From Ignavibacteria bacterium (lineage in GTDB: Bacteria; Bacteroidota; Ignavibacteria; UBA10030; UBA6906), in assembly GCA_003251275.1 (NCBI GenBank), contig QKGJ01000132.1:1-41043 (forward strand): a stretch of 41,043 nucleotides of DNA, read 5' to 3'. Shown here piece by piece: positions 1-8,849 of the stretch (positions are counted from its first letter, which is position 1; every line of letters begins with the position of its first letter). Both the position numbers and the translations under genes were made by a program. Under the pieces are notes generated by a model, which was not told the origin of the DNA, did not search any database, and saw nothing but the letters and a program-made list of their open reading frames with translations.

Positions 1-143
1 AATCGGGATTTTTGGGGCTGCAGAGAATATGTAGCTTGAACTCTGGTATCTAATCCCAAGTGTGAAATCAACGGCATCACCTACGACAACCGTCGGGGCT
101 TAATTTATCAAGCCCGCCTGTGCCAATACTTGCCGCGAAATAC

Positions 144-174
144 AAAAAAGCCCGGACAATTGCTCGCCCGGGCC
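144..174 (-). terminator. Rho-independent terminator downstream of the vWA lipoprotein gene
   Basis: On the minus strand, GCCCGG-N12-CCGGGC is followed by T6 (seen as A6 at 144-149 on the plus strand). It lies 28 nt past the stop at 202. Confidence 0.5.
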
Positions 175-201
175 TGAATCATTCCATTCGGATCTAGCCT
201 T

Positions 202-966
202 CTAATCCACCCGTCGTGCTATAACACCAAAGTCCACGTTGTCGCTTATCCAGTCAAAGAACTTCGATTGTTCTTCGATTGGTTTTTCGGGAGTGTAGAT
301 CTTTGGATCCCTCCAAGACACCATCACCGGCGCATCCTGTGTCCAGACCTTTACTCTGCTTCGCGGGACTTTGGTCTGCCAGTTGCGTCCGACCTCCGCG
401 TTGGTGTATAACAGCCGCAGGGTGATGTTGCGCGCAAGGCCTTCAAGCGGTTTCAATTCGATGCTGCGGAAATCCGTTTTCCCTTCCCTCTGTACATCGG
501 GAATTCCATCGCTGACCATCACAATGGAGACCGGGCGAAGTACCAGGCGCTTGTTTCTTACAGTGAGAGCTACCTGCTTGAAAAATGCATTGTAGTCCGT
601 GAAAGGATTTTCTTTTCCCCGCGGAAAGATTTCACGAAGCTTCTCCGCGATCTCTGCAACGCTCTTGTTCTCGAACGTCTGCCTTGGATAAAAGGTCTTC
701 GGTTCACCTGCTGTTGCGCCCCCAATGGAACTGACGAAGAGGGCATTTGGTGTCTCCAGTCCGCCCAGACCATTCAGGTGTGCATACAAGTAATGAGAAA
801 GAAAATCGATCGAGTCATCGTAGTATTCCCCTCTCATGAATGACCCGCTGATGTCGACGCCCACGAACAAGGAAAGCCGGGGCTTCTCGCCGTCCCCGAA
901 GTTACATCCGCCGAGAAAAATACACAGGGTGAAGCAGCCGGCGGCAATTAGATTTGGAATTCGCAT
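202..966 (-). CDS. von Willebrand factor A (vWA)-like lipoprotein
   Basis: The ORF is 202..1056. I place the start at the internal ATG at 966, preceded by a GAGGA RBS. This gives the signal peptide MRIPNLIAAGCFTLCIFLGGC with an LGGC lipobox. A MIDAS-type DxSxS motif (VGVDISGSF) and a later MVSDGIPD segment are typical of the vWA fold. Confidence 0.75.
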   Translation of the reverse strand: MRIPNLIAAGCFTLCIFLGGCNFGDGEKPRLSLFVGVDISGSFMRGEYYDDSIDFLSHYLYAHLNGLGGLETPNALFVSSIGGATAGEPKTFYPRQTFENKSVAEIAEKLREIFPRGKENPFTDYNAFFKQVALTVRNKRLVLRPVSIVMVSDGIPDVQREGKTDFRSIELKPLEGLARNITLRLLYTNAEVGRNWQTKVPRSRVKVWTQDAPVMVSWRDPKIYTPEKPIEEQSKFFDWISDNVDFGVIARRVD

Positions 967-988
967 GACTATATCCTCTTCGTTGTTT

Positions 989-2224
989 TTATGCTTCCTG
1001 AGGGGCCGCAGAGCGGGATGCCCGCCTGCTGCCGTTCTTTGGTACAATACCATCAAGAAGATCCTTTGAACTTAGGATCGAATTGATGCTTGTAAACGGA
1101 AGTTCGAAGAGATGCCGGCCGTTCACGAGCAGGGCAAAGAAATTTACTGTTGCGGCCACGACCTGCAATGGTGGCAGCATGAATGATGCAAGAAGTTCAT
1201 CTCCTTTTGTACTCACCCAGTCTGCTTCATTCTTTAGCTTCTTGATAAACTCGGAGGAGAATGTAGCTCCACGTTCGCTGGTTGACTCCTCAACAGCTTC
1301 TATACCCAGTCCTCTTCCCTGGATCACACGGAGAATCGTCGGTGTGCCGTGTGCAGCAAAGAGAAACCATGAGATGCTGCGGATGCCAAACCACGCGAAG
1401 CACGCGATGGCAATCGTCCAGAATATACCCAACTCAAATCCTTCTGAGTATTGGGCGAACCAGGGGACCAGCGAGTCCACGAATTCTCTGTAGAGGAACA
1501 CTACTTCGACGAACAAGACGACCAGCTCAATCACGCTGACGCCCGCGATAGCGGAAATCTTTTTGCTCTTCACAGCGCTCACAAAAGTCGAAAGCACAGC
1601 ATAGCTTCCGAGAACGACGAAGAAAAGGAATATAAACAGAGGGATGCGAAGAAACGTCAGCGAGAGCTGTTCGCCGGTGATGTTCGAGAGTGTGTCCATG
1701 ACAAGAGGCGAGGTAACGTACGTGAAGATCAATGCCTCGATGAGACACCAGAAAAGAGTAAGGAACACGGCGATCCACGGTACTTGCGAAGTAACCACAC
1801 TCTTGCCGGCGCTGCGAATCATTCGGAAGGGCAAAAAGAGGATTTCCCGGATAATCGACCAGATGCTGAAAACGGTGATCTTCATGAATCCAACAACAGC
1901 CCAGGTGAGATTCAAAAAGAATTTGAGAATTCCTCCCCAAAAAGAAACGATCGATTTGCCCAGGTCCCACCAGGTGACGAAGAACGCCATTACGAACTCT
2001 CTCCGCCTACTCCTGAATATAACGGTCACGACGGACGGGATGCTCACCCAACATCCGGCTATCACAGCCAGTGTCGGAAGGAGTAGAAAGAGTCTTTTTG
2101 AGGCCATTACCCAGAACTCATCCCCTCCTCCCCAAGAAAACTCCAAAAACGCATCCTGAAACATGGTCGGGAAGAACAAGACCGAGAGGAGAACACGCGC
2201 GATGTTGCTTATATCAATAACCAT
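989..2224 (-). CDS. Polytopic integral membrane protein of unknown function, co-operonic with the vWA lipoprotein
   Basis: 411-aa ORF with a GGGGG RBS before the ATG at 2224. It has about 8-9 hydrophobic helices followed by a roughly 110-aa soluble C-terminal tail. Only 22 nt separate it from the downstream vWA gene. I recognise no family signature. Confidence 0.7.
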   Translation of the reverse strand: MVIDISNIARVLLSVLFFPTMFQDAFLEFSWGGGDEFWVMASKRLFLLLPTLAVIAGCWVSIPSVVTVIFRSRRREFVMAFFVTWWDLGKSIVSFWGGILKFFLNLTWAVVGFMKITVFSIWSIIREILFLPFRMIRSAGKSVVTSQVPWIAVFLTLFWCLIEALIFTYVTSPLVMDTLSNITGEQLSLTFLRIPLFIFLFFVVLGSYAVLSTFVSAVKSKKISAIAGVSVIELVVLFVEVVFLYREFVDSLVPWFAQYSEGFELGIFWTIAIACFAWFGIRSISWFLFAAHGTPTILRVIQGRGLGIEAVEESTSERGATFSSEFIKKLKNEADWVSTKGDELLASFMLPPLQVVAATVNFFALLVNGRHLFELPFTSINSILSSKDLLDGIVPKNGSRRASRSAAPQEA

Positions 2225-2658
2225 AACCTAACCCCCTTGTTTTTGGTTCGTGGAAAGATACGAGTACGAATAACCAATTGCTACTAAGAAGTGAGAAAAA
2301 ATTGCCTTAATTAAGTCAAAATCGGCCATTTTATTTTCGCGGAAGTATTTTTCTCGTTTTACGTTTTTGAGTGGATTAACGAGGGCGGAGCTTTGCTATT
2401 CCAATATCAGACCTTGCCGTCATGATCCCAGCGCTCCGAATCAATCATTCCAGTTGATGCGGTGGCTGAAGACCCAGGAGAGATCAGCACCAATTGCGTG
2501 TCAAGGATGATCAGATGATCACAAGACTCTCAGGTGTACATCCAACAGGATAACCCAGCCTGGTTGTGTTTGACTATCTTGGAGAGACATTCTACCTTCC
2601 ATCACAATCCATCCCCTTTGATCCGGACTATTCCACCTTTACCAGCTGGAGGATTGCC

Positions 2659-4338
2659 ATGGACCGTTCTCGCCTATTTGTTCTTCTCTGTGCTTCTTTT
2701 CTTATTTCTCTCGGTCATCTAAAAGCCCAGGTTACGGAGGTGTGGACCTCTTCGTATAATGGTCCCGCAAATAATGCTGACAACGCATATGTCATGGCCA
2801 TCGACGCTTTGGGGAATGTTTACGTCGCTGGAGAATCCCGCACTGGTGCGAGCACGACCGATAGCATAGACTACGCTGTAGTGAAGTATGACCCGAACGG
2901 TGATACACTCTGGGTGAGATTCTATAATGGCACAGGCAACAGGCGTGACGTTGTCCGCGCAATTGCTGTGGATGACAGCGGTAATGTCTATGTAACCGGG
3001 GATAGTTACGGGACGACGGATTATGACATGGCAACCGTGAAATACAATTCATCCGGCTCACAACTCTGGGCTATGCGGTATAATGGAAGTGCGAATGGTG
3101 CGGAGGGGGCAAGTGCGATTGCTGTGGATGAGTCGGGGAACGTCTACGTTACCGGCTACAGTGATGGGGATGCGTCCCCCGTGTTACGGCAGGATGACTA
3201 TGTGACCATAAAGTATAATGCTGCCGGTGCAGTGCAGTGGGTGAGGAGGTACAATGGCCCATCGAATTTTCACGACGTTCCCCACGATATCGCCCTCGAT
3301 ACAGCTGGCTATGTGTACATTACGGGGCAAAGCAGCGGGAGTGGGGGTACGCGATACAACTATACAACGATCAAATACAACTCCGTAGGCGATAGTGTGT
3401 GGCTCCGCGCCTACAATAACGACGTTGCGAACTACAACGATATTGCCTGGGCGTTGCAGGTGGATGGAGCTGGCAATGTCTATGTTACCGGTTCGAGCGA
3501 TGCGACCTCTTCAGGGACGGAAGATTACGTGACGATCAAGTATGATGCATCGGGCACACAACAGTGGCTTGCCCGTTACAATGGTCCTGGAGGAGGGGAC
3601 GAGGCATACGCGATGGCGATCGATGGAAACGGCAGCGTCTATGTTACCGGGAGAAGCAGAGGGGGCAGTCCGACGTTCAGTTACGACTACCTCACTATCC
3701 GTTACGATGCCTCAACGGGCGATACGATTTGGACCGCGCGCTATGATGGCGATGGAAACGGGTTGGATGCTGCATTGTCGATAGCTCTTGACTATCGGGG
3801 AAATGCATTTGTCACGGGATATAGCACAGGCACTTCCACGGGACTGGATATGGCCACCATCGGATATGATTCGACTGGCGCCCGAAGATGGGTTCGCCGC
3901 TACGCATCCAGCGGCTCGAATAACGATCTCGGCAACGCAATCGCAGCGGATACAGCGGGATTCGTTTACGTTGCCGGCACAGGATATGGCGGGACACAAT
4001 TGAACAACTTTGTTACGATGAAGTATTATGACACAGGTACTGTGGCCGTTGAAGAAGATAAGGGTACCACCCCTTCAGAGTTTTCCCTGGCGCAGAACTA
4101 TCCGAATCCGTTCAATCCAAGCACGACAATCAGCTTTCAAATCCCACGAGAAAGCCACGTTACCATGAAGATCTTTGATCTGATAGGACGGGAGATTACC
4201 ACTCTTGTTGATGAGACGAAACCGGTGGGAACGTACAGAGTGTCCTGGAATTCAGGAAATCAATCGAGCGGGATTTATTTCTATCGGCTCACTGCGGGGA
4301 GTTTTGTGAGTGTGAAGAAGCTTGTGCTTTTGCGATAA
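2659..4338 (+). CDS. Secreted SBBP-type beta-propeller repeat protein with T9SS C-terminal sorting domain
   Basis: I place the start at ATG 2659 (GGAGGA RBS at 2648-2653), giving the signal peptide MDRSRLFVLLCASFLISLGHLKAQ. There are about 8 repeats of the form (A)IAVDxxGNVYVTGxS....DYxTIKYxxxGxxxW. The C-terminus LAQNYPNPFNPSTTISFQIP...YFYRL is the Por/T9SS CTD. Confidence 0.85.
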   Translation: MDRSRLFVLLCASFLISLGHLKAQVTEVWTSSYNGPANNADNAYVMAIDALGNVYVAGESRTGASTTDSIDYAVVKYDPNGDTLWVRFYNGTGNRRDVVRAIAVDDSGNVYVTGDSYGTTDYDMATVKYNSSGSQLWAMRYNGSANGAEGASAIAVDESGNVYVTGYSDGDASPVLRQDDYVTIKYNAAGAVQWVRRYNGPSNFHDVPHDIALDTAGYVYITGQSSGSGGTRYNYTTIKYNSVGDSVWLRAYNNDVANYNDIAWALQVDGAGNVYVTGSSDATSSGTEDYVTIKYDASGTQQWLARYNGPGGGDEAYAMAIDGNGSVYVTGRSRGGSPTFSYDYLTIRYDASTGDTIWTARYDGDGNGLDAALSIALDYRGNAFVTGYSTGTSTGLDMATIGYDSTGARRWVRRYASSGSNNDLGNAIAADTAGFVYVAGTGYGGTQLNNFVTMKYYDTGTVAVEEDKGTTPSEFSLAQNYPNPFNPSTTISFQIPRESHVTMKIFDLIGREITTLVDETKPVGTYRVSWNSGNQSSGIYFYRLTAGSFVSVKKLVLLR

Positions 4339-4361
4339 ACTCCAACCATCTTTAATACGAT

Positions 4362-4392
4362 AGGGCTCTGATTTCTCAGAGCCTTTTCTTGG
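4362..4392 (+). terminator. Rho-independent terminator after the SBBP/T9SS gene
   Basis: Hairpin AGGGCTCTGA-TTTC-TCAGAGCCTT followed by TTCTT, 24 nt after the stop. Confidence 0.6.
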
Positions 4393-4681
4393 TAAGTGGA
4401 AATTAGTCTAATGGAGTGTTACATTTTGGACAAGATAGAGCGAAACCCAGCAACTGCCACGAACCCGCCGGGATGATACATGCCATCAATGAGGAAAACC
4501 AAAACATCCATTTACCATGCCGTTGGTGTATGATGGAACGCACGTAGAGAAGGGCTGCCATTGAGAGCTGATCCCTCCAAAGGACTAATTCCTTTTTCAA
4601 CCCGTCGAGCTATTCATGTTTTCCTAACCGCTTAATAACATGGAATACAAGTTCTGATCAAAAACTGCGAATGGAAAGATC

Positions 4682-6673
4682 ATGCAGCAACTTCCCCTGG
4701 CACAAGAGACACTATCCCCCGACACCGCGCTTGCAATCGGTATACGCGAGTTGGACATAACGCTTATCCGTCCGACGAACTACACTGACGACGGTTATCC
4801 CATTCAAATGCGTGTCGGTGTTATTCGCAGCAATACCCTGACACAAATGGGCACGCTGGCGCGCGACATCGTGACGTATCCATTCTTCAAAGACCTGCCA
4901 ACCAATGTCCGATTGATCGACGAGGCAATTCAAAGGGTTCCGGCGAAGGAGATCATGAGGCGATCCAGAATCCCAGGTGTGAAAACGATTGTTATGCTTG
5001 TCGGCGTTCAATCGAATCAGTTTCCACGGGCACAGGATATCGCATCGTGGTTCCTACCGCAAAACATTCCTGTCCTGATCGGCGGGTTCCATGTCAGCGG
5101 CATGCTTGCCATGGTGGGCCTTACAGCGTCTCTCAGAACCGCAATGTGCAAGGGAATAACGCTTGTTGCTGGCGAAGTGGAGGGAGAACGGCTCCCGTCT
5201 ATTGTAGAAGATGTTCTCAGACAGCGGGCCGAGCCGCTCTATAATTTTCTGAATCCTACGCCCGATCTTTCAAACACTCCCACGCCCCGTCTTACCAAGG
5301 CTGATCTCAAAGGGTTCGCGTCGCCGTACAGTACCATCGATACGGGCCGGGGATGCGTCTTCACGTGTGACTTCTGCACGATTATCAACGTGCAAGGGAG
5401 AACGATGCGCTGCCGGGAGCCGGAGCAGGTTGTCGAGTTTGTCCGGCGGAACTATTATGAGGCAGGAATCGTCCACAGTTTCTTCACGGATGACAATATC
5501 GCCCGCAATCCGCGATGGCGCGAGCTTTTTGCAGGGCTCATTCATTTACGCGAAGAAGAGAACATCCCCTTTACCTTCATGATGCAAAGCGATCTCGCCG
5601 CGCGAAAGATGCCCCCCGGAGACTTTTTTGTCCTTGCTGCGCGCGCAGGATGCAACCAAGTGTTCTTCGGCGTTGAGAGTGTCAACCGTGACAACCTTCG
5701 TTCACAAGGGAAATACCAGAATCAAGTGACGGAGTATCAAGATCTTGCAGCTCATCTCCACTCACTCGGCATTGCCTGTCACGCCGGATACATCCTCGGT
5801 CTTCCGTTTGACACAACAACAAGTATTAAGAACAATGTTGCCGAGCTCCAGCGCATCGGATTTGATTCAGCGTCGTTTTATATCCTGACACCCCTTCCCG
5901 GTTCGAAAGATCATCAGCGATGGTGGCGCGAGAGGCGGTGGATGGACGCAGATTTCAATACATACGACTCAGCCCACGTCGCTGTAACGCCGGAACGCAT
6001 GACCAACAATGAACTGATGGGAGCCTATCACAAGGCCTGGGATCAATTCTACTCCATCGAGCATATGGTCGAAGTGCTGAAAGTCTGGCGGCACGATTGG
6101 TCGTGCTACTGGAACCGATTATTTTTCTTTGCCGCATACCTCTACGCCTCCCGAGTGGAACGCTTACATCCGATGAATTGCGGCTTCTGGACCAGGCGGT
6201 ATCGGGATGATCGGAGATCTGGCTTTGATCGGGAGGGATTTCTTCAGTTTTGGTGGAAACGACTGATCACAATCGCCGGAAGGCTATGGGGCATTGGGAA
6301 GTTGTTTTTCGCCCTCGAGGAGGTCTGGTTGCGAAGCCGGCCTAAATCAAAGGTAGAGGATGCTTTGCACAGCCTGATTGTGAGAACACGGAAGGACGTC
6401 GTTGATTGGCGGGACCTGAAGGCTCGCGAGCTGGCCGTACTCTACAGGAAGCTCCGCGACGAGATGTCGGGGGTGAAGGTCCCATCTGTTGCGCGACTCT
6501 GGCTTCGAAAACGTAATCCATTCGCTGGTGCCTATACGAGGTCATATGCCCAGCGAATTTGGAAACGATGGTATCTTCATGCATGGAATCCCCTGAAGTG
6601 GGTTGAGGTGTGGCTATTCGAATGGGTGAATGGCGCACGATTTCTCACGCATCTCCTCGTTGAAGGGAGATAG
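4682..6673 (+). CDS. B12-binding-domain radical SAM protein (large, with a Trp/Arg-rich C-terminal extension)
   Basis: 663 aa. The N-terminal Rossmann-like region (VMLVGVQSNQFPRAQDIA...VLIGGFHVSG) resembles a cobalamin-binding domain. The canonical CxxxCxxC cluster motif is present as GRGCVFTCDFCTI, followed by the FFGVESV and GYILGLP radical SAM core strands. The C-terminal roughly 200 aa are W/R-rich with two hydrophobic stretches. Confidence 0.85.
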   Translation: MQQLPLAQETLSPDTALAIGIRELDITLIRPTNYTDDGYPIQMRVGVIRSNTLTQMGTLARDIVTYPFFKDLPTNVRLIDEAIQRVPAKEIMRRSRIPGVKTIVMLVGVQSNQFPRAQDIASWFLPQNIPVLIGGFHVSGMLAMVGLTASLRTAMCKGITLVAGEVEGERLPSIVEDVLRQRAEPLYNFLNPTPDLSNTPTPRLTKADLKGFASPYSTIDTGRGCVFTCDFCTIINVQGRTMRCREPEQVVEFVRRNYYEAGIVHSFFTDDNIARNPRWRELFAGLIHLREEENIPFTFMMQSDLAARKMPPGDFFVLAARAGCNQVFFGVESVNRDNLRSQGKYQNQVTEYQDLAAHLHSLGIACHAGYILGLPFDTTTSIKNNVAELQRIGFDSASFYILTPLPGSKDHQRWWRERRWMDADFNTYDSAHVAVTPERMTNNELMGAYHKAWDQFYSIEHMVEVLKVWRHDWSCYWNRLFFFAAYLYASRVERLHPMNCGFWTRRYRDDRRSGFDREGFLQFWWKRLITIAGRLWGIGKLFFALEEVWLRSRPKSKVEDALHSLIVRTRKDVVDWRDLKARELAVLYRKLRDEMSGVKVPSVARLWLRKRNPFAGAYTRSYAQRIWKRWYLHAWNPLKWVEVWLFEWVNGARFLTHLLVEGR

Positions 6674-6719
6674 TAAGCAGATTGGCTCTGCCCAATTTGA
6701 ATTGAATCTACTATGATAC

Positions 6720-6750
6720 AAGAAACCCTGCTTTATTAGCAGGGTCTCTT
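6720..6750. terminator. Bidirectional hairpin terminator between the convergent radical SAM and csp genes
   Basis: AACCCTGC-TTTATTA-GCAGGGT, flanked by a T-rich tract on the minus strand (TTTCTTG) and CTCTTGTT on the plus strand. Confidence 0.6.
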
Positions 6751-6770
6751 GTTCCAACCTGTTGTTGTTT

Positions 6771-6974
6771 TTACTTCACAACAGAAACGTTCGAGGCTTG
6801 CAGTCCTTTAGGGCCTTTCTCGACGTCAAACTCAACGGCATCACCATCGTTCAAGCTCTTGTATCCGCTTGCCGAAATCGCATTGAAGTGGACGAAAACA
6901 TCTTCACCGCCTGTGCGTGAAATGAAACCAAAACCTTTTGCTGCGTTGAACCATTTGACTGTTCCTTTTTCCAT
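6771..6974 (-). CDS. Cold-shock protein (CspA family, CSD fold)
   Basis: 67 aa: [33 protein letters not shown].... The RNP-1 (KGFGFI) and RNP-2 (VFVHF) motifs are intact. An AAGGA RBS precedes the start. Confidence 0.95.
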   Translation of the reverse strand: MEKGTVKWFNAAKGFGFISRTGGEDVFVHFNAISASGYKSLNDGDAVEFDVEKGPKGLQASNVSVVK

Positions 6975-7249
6975 GGAACTCGTCCTTTCTTTTGTATAAT
7001 AACCCGACTCTACCGTCAGGCAAGGTGTACGCCGAAAATCTACTTAGCTACTTCTGTATGATGGCGTTGCGACCTTGGAAGGACTCGTACGGTTCATCTG
7101 CAGGCATCTAAAAGCGGTGTACAGTTACTTAGTGATCCACAAGTTAGTCATACTGCGGATCAAATCCTAATCTATTCCTTTCACGAGTTGAGAGCAACTC
7201 ACCTGAAAAGGGAGCCGCTGGTGGAAGAATACGGAGCGGTGCCTCGAGA

Positions 7250-7489
7250 TCAGTTCTGCTCTAGACTCTTTCGCGAACGTATTCTTCCCCTCCTTACGCG
7301 GTTCGACAGGACGTTGCGAACCAAAATTTTCCATCTTGGAATGCTTGATCGAGAAGAGAGCGGCTTCCGGTCTTCTTTATCGAGCTTCCCATGCAACTCC
7401 ACAATTGCATAGATGTCATCTGATGACACCCATTTCTTTCTTGGGACATGTCCTTGAATAATACCCCATACCTGACGGGCCGCTATCAT
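7250..7489 (-). CDS. Small stand-alone winged-helix protein (Mrr_N-like wHTH)
   Basis: 79 aa with a perfect AAGGAG RBS. The pattern ...DDIYAIVELHGKLDKEDRKPLSSRSSIPRWKILVRNVLSNRVRRGRI resembles the N-terminal winged-helix domain of Mrr-type proteins (gene-name/ED-rich segment, then xxxW(K/R)xxVRxxLxxLxxxGxI). The family call is from memory only. Confidence 0.55.
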   Translation of the reverse strand: MIAARQVWGIIQGHVPRKKWVSSDDIYAIVELHGKLDKEDRKPLSSRSSIPRWKILVRNVLSNRVRRGRIRSRKSLEQN

Positions 7490-7762
7490 TGATTCTCCTT
7501 TCTGTATCCGCTAGAATATTTGAAAGACTTTGGGAAAACACCTTTCTCGAACAATACTACTGTATCAAGTTATACTTATTCTCAGCTAATGGCAATTTTG
7601 CCGCCTCTTTATGAGCGAGTCGTAGCAGAAGGCCAGACGAATCGAGCGGCTCCTTCTTGTGACCATTTGAAAACGTTTCGAGAATTCTTATCTTGTTATT
7701 GAAGTCGACGACCAACTTTTGGGTCTGCATAGTTTGTTCCTTCTTCGCCGCATTCCCTCTGA

Positions 7763-8413
7763 ATGAAAAGAATCCAGATCCTTCTTATTGAAGACAATCG
7801 GCTCCTGCGCGAGGGGCTTTTGGTCATGCTCAAAGAGCAACCTGATTTTAAGGTGTGTGCCTCACCCGGGAACAGTGATGCTCTCTTGCGCGCGAAGAAG
7901 TCGAAACCCAACGTGATTCTCCTTGACCTCGGTTTACGCAGTCAGAATAGCCTTCGCCTGCTGGGATTGCTCAAGAAGAGCGCTCCTGATGCAAGAGTGA
8001 TTGGAATGGATCTTGTTCCGGTGCAGGAAGAACTTGTTCAATACGTGCAAGCAGGAGTCTCAGGGTTTGTCCTGAAGGATGCGACGTTCAATGAGTTTCT
8101 AAGGACGATTCGTTCTGTCGCAAAGGGCGCAAACGTTTTGCCTCCCCTGCTCACTGACTCACTCTTCTCTCAGATTGTTCAATACGCCACGCACAAGAAA
8201 AAGGGTAATCCGTTTGCCTCGGTGAGGATGACACGCCGGGAACGAGAGGTCATTGCCTTAATAGCGGAGGGGCTGAGCAACAAGGAGATTGCCAACCGAC
8301 TTCATCTTGCCACAGACACTGTCAAAAGTCACGTTCACAACATCCTCGAAAAACTCGCTCTCCACACCCGTCTGGAAATTGCCCGATTCGCACACACCAG
8401 CGATTCTTACTAA
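7763..8413 (+). CDS. Response regulator, NarL/FixJ (LuxR-type HTH) family
   Basis: The REC domain shows ILLIEDN, the phospho-acceptor context VILLDLGL and a conserved K in FVLKD. The C-terminus has the LuxR HTH: REREVIALIAEGLSNKEIANRLHLATDTVKSHVHNILEKL. Confidence 0.9.
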   Translation: MKRIQILLIEDNRLLREGLLVMLKEQPDFKVCASPGNSDALLRAKKSKPNVILLDLGLRSQNSLRLLGLLKKSAPDARVIGMDLVPVQEELVQYVQAGVSGFVLKDATFNEFLRTIRSVAKGANVLPPLLTDSLFSQIVQYATHKKKGNPFASVRMTRREREVIALIAEGLSNKEIANRLHLATDTVKSHVHNILEKLALHTRLEIARFAHTSDSY

Positions 8414-8522
8414 ACAGCAACACCCTCTCGTCCCAAGGGACTAGTCCCTCATTCATTCCATTGAGCTATTCATTCCAGTGACAATCGTCTCTACCTTAGT
8501 GCGATCAATGTAGGGGTGTCTG

Positions 8523-8819
8523 TTGTCAACAAAAAGGAAAGAACGCCTCCCTAGGGCGCCACAGTTACCAAAGACCGGCCGCAAACTTGCGGATGCTGCC
8601 AAGCTGCGTTCAGACGAAGCGGATAAGGAGATTTTGGCCTTGGTACGCAAGGGCGTCGAGAGCTTCATGCTTAAGAATGCCACCGTTGCAGACTTCTACA
8701 AGACCATAAAAGCTGTGGGAGAACAAGAGAAGATATACGCGCACTCGTTGACGAGATCAGTCTTTTCAAGAATTGTTAAAGAAGCGATAAGAAAGCGCAA
8801 TCGAGGACGATTGAAGTAA
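8523..8819 (+). CDS. Receiver-domain C-terminal fragment (alpha4-beta5-alpha5 plus linker); possible gene remnant or small decoy
   Basis: 98-aa ORF with a TTG start. Residues DKEILALVRKGVESFMLKNATVADFYKTIKAVGEQEKIYAHSLTRSVFSRIVKEAIRKRNRG align at about 24/62 identities (by eye) with QEELVQYVQAGVSGFVLKDATFNEFLRTIRSVAKGANVLPPLLTDSLFSQIVQYATHKKKGN of the upstream regulator. It lacks the acidic pocket, the phospho-acceptor Asp and the HTH. Confidence 0.4.
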   Translation: MSTKRKERLPRAPQLPKTGRKLADAAKLRSDEADKEILALVRKGVESFMLKNATVADFYKTIKAVGEQEKIYAHSLTRSVFSRIVKEAIRKRNRGRLK

Positions 8820-8849
8820 TTCTCAAAGGAACATTCCCTGGAGATCTCT

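Noticed and set aside
1-143. Possible 3' end of a plus-strand gene at the left edge (frame 3 stop at 51..53)
   Set aside because: Only 17 codons are visible, which cannot be supported.
1083-2159. Plus-strand ORFs (136-211 aa) antisense to the 989..2224 membrane protein
   Set aside because: The minus-strand frame gives regular hydrophobic helices and has an RBS. The plus-strand products are charged low-complexity sequences with no start context.
4403-4600. 65-aa minus-strand ORF in the 340-nt gap before the first radical SAM gene
   Set aside because: It has a TTG start, no convincing RBS and no recognisable motif. Its composition looks like random intergenic translation, so I leave it uncalled.
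4393-4681. Possible cobalamin riboswitch upstream of a B12-binding radical SAM gene
   Set aside because: I saw only fragmentary resemblance: CCCAGCAACTGCC and GAACCCGCCGGG vaguely recall the CCC-GC-ACUG and B12-box regions. The spacing is far too short, and the GGGAA/GGUG upstream core is missing. An Infernal search with RF00174 would settle it, and I expect a negative result.
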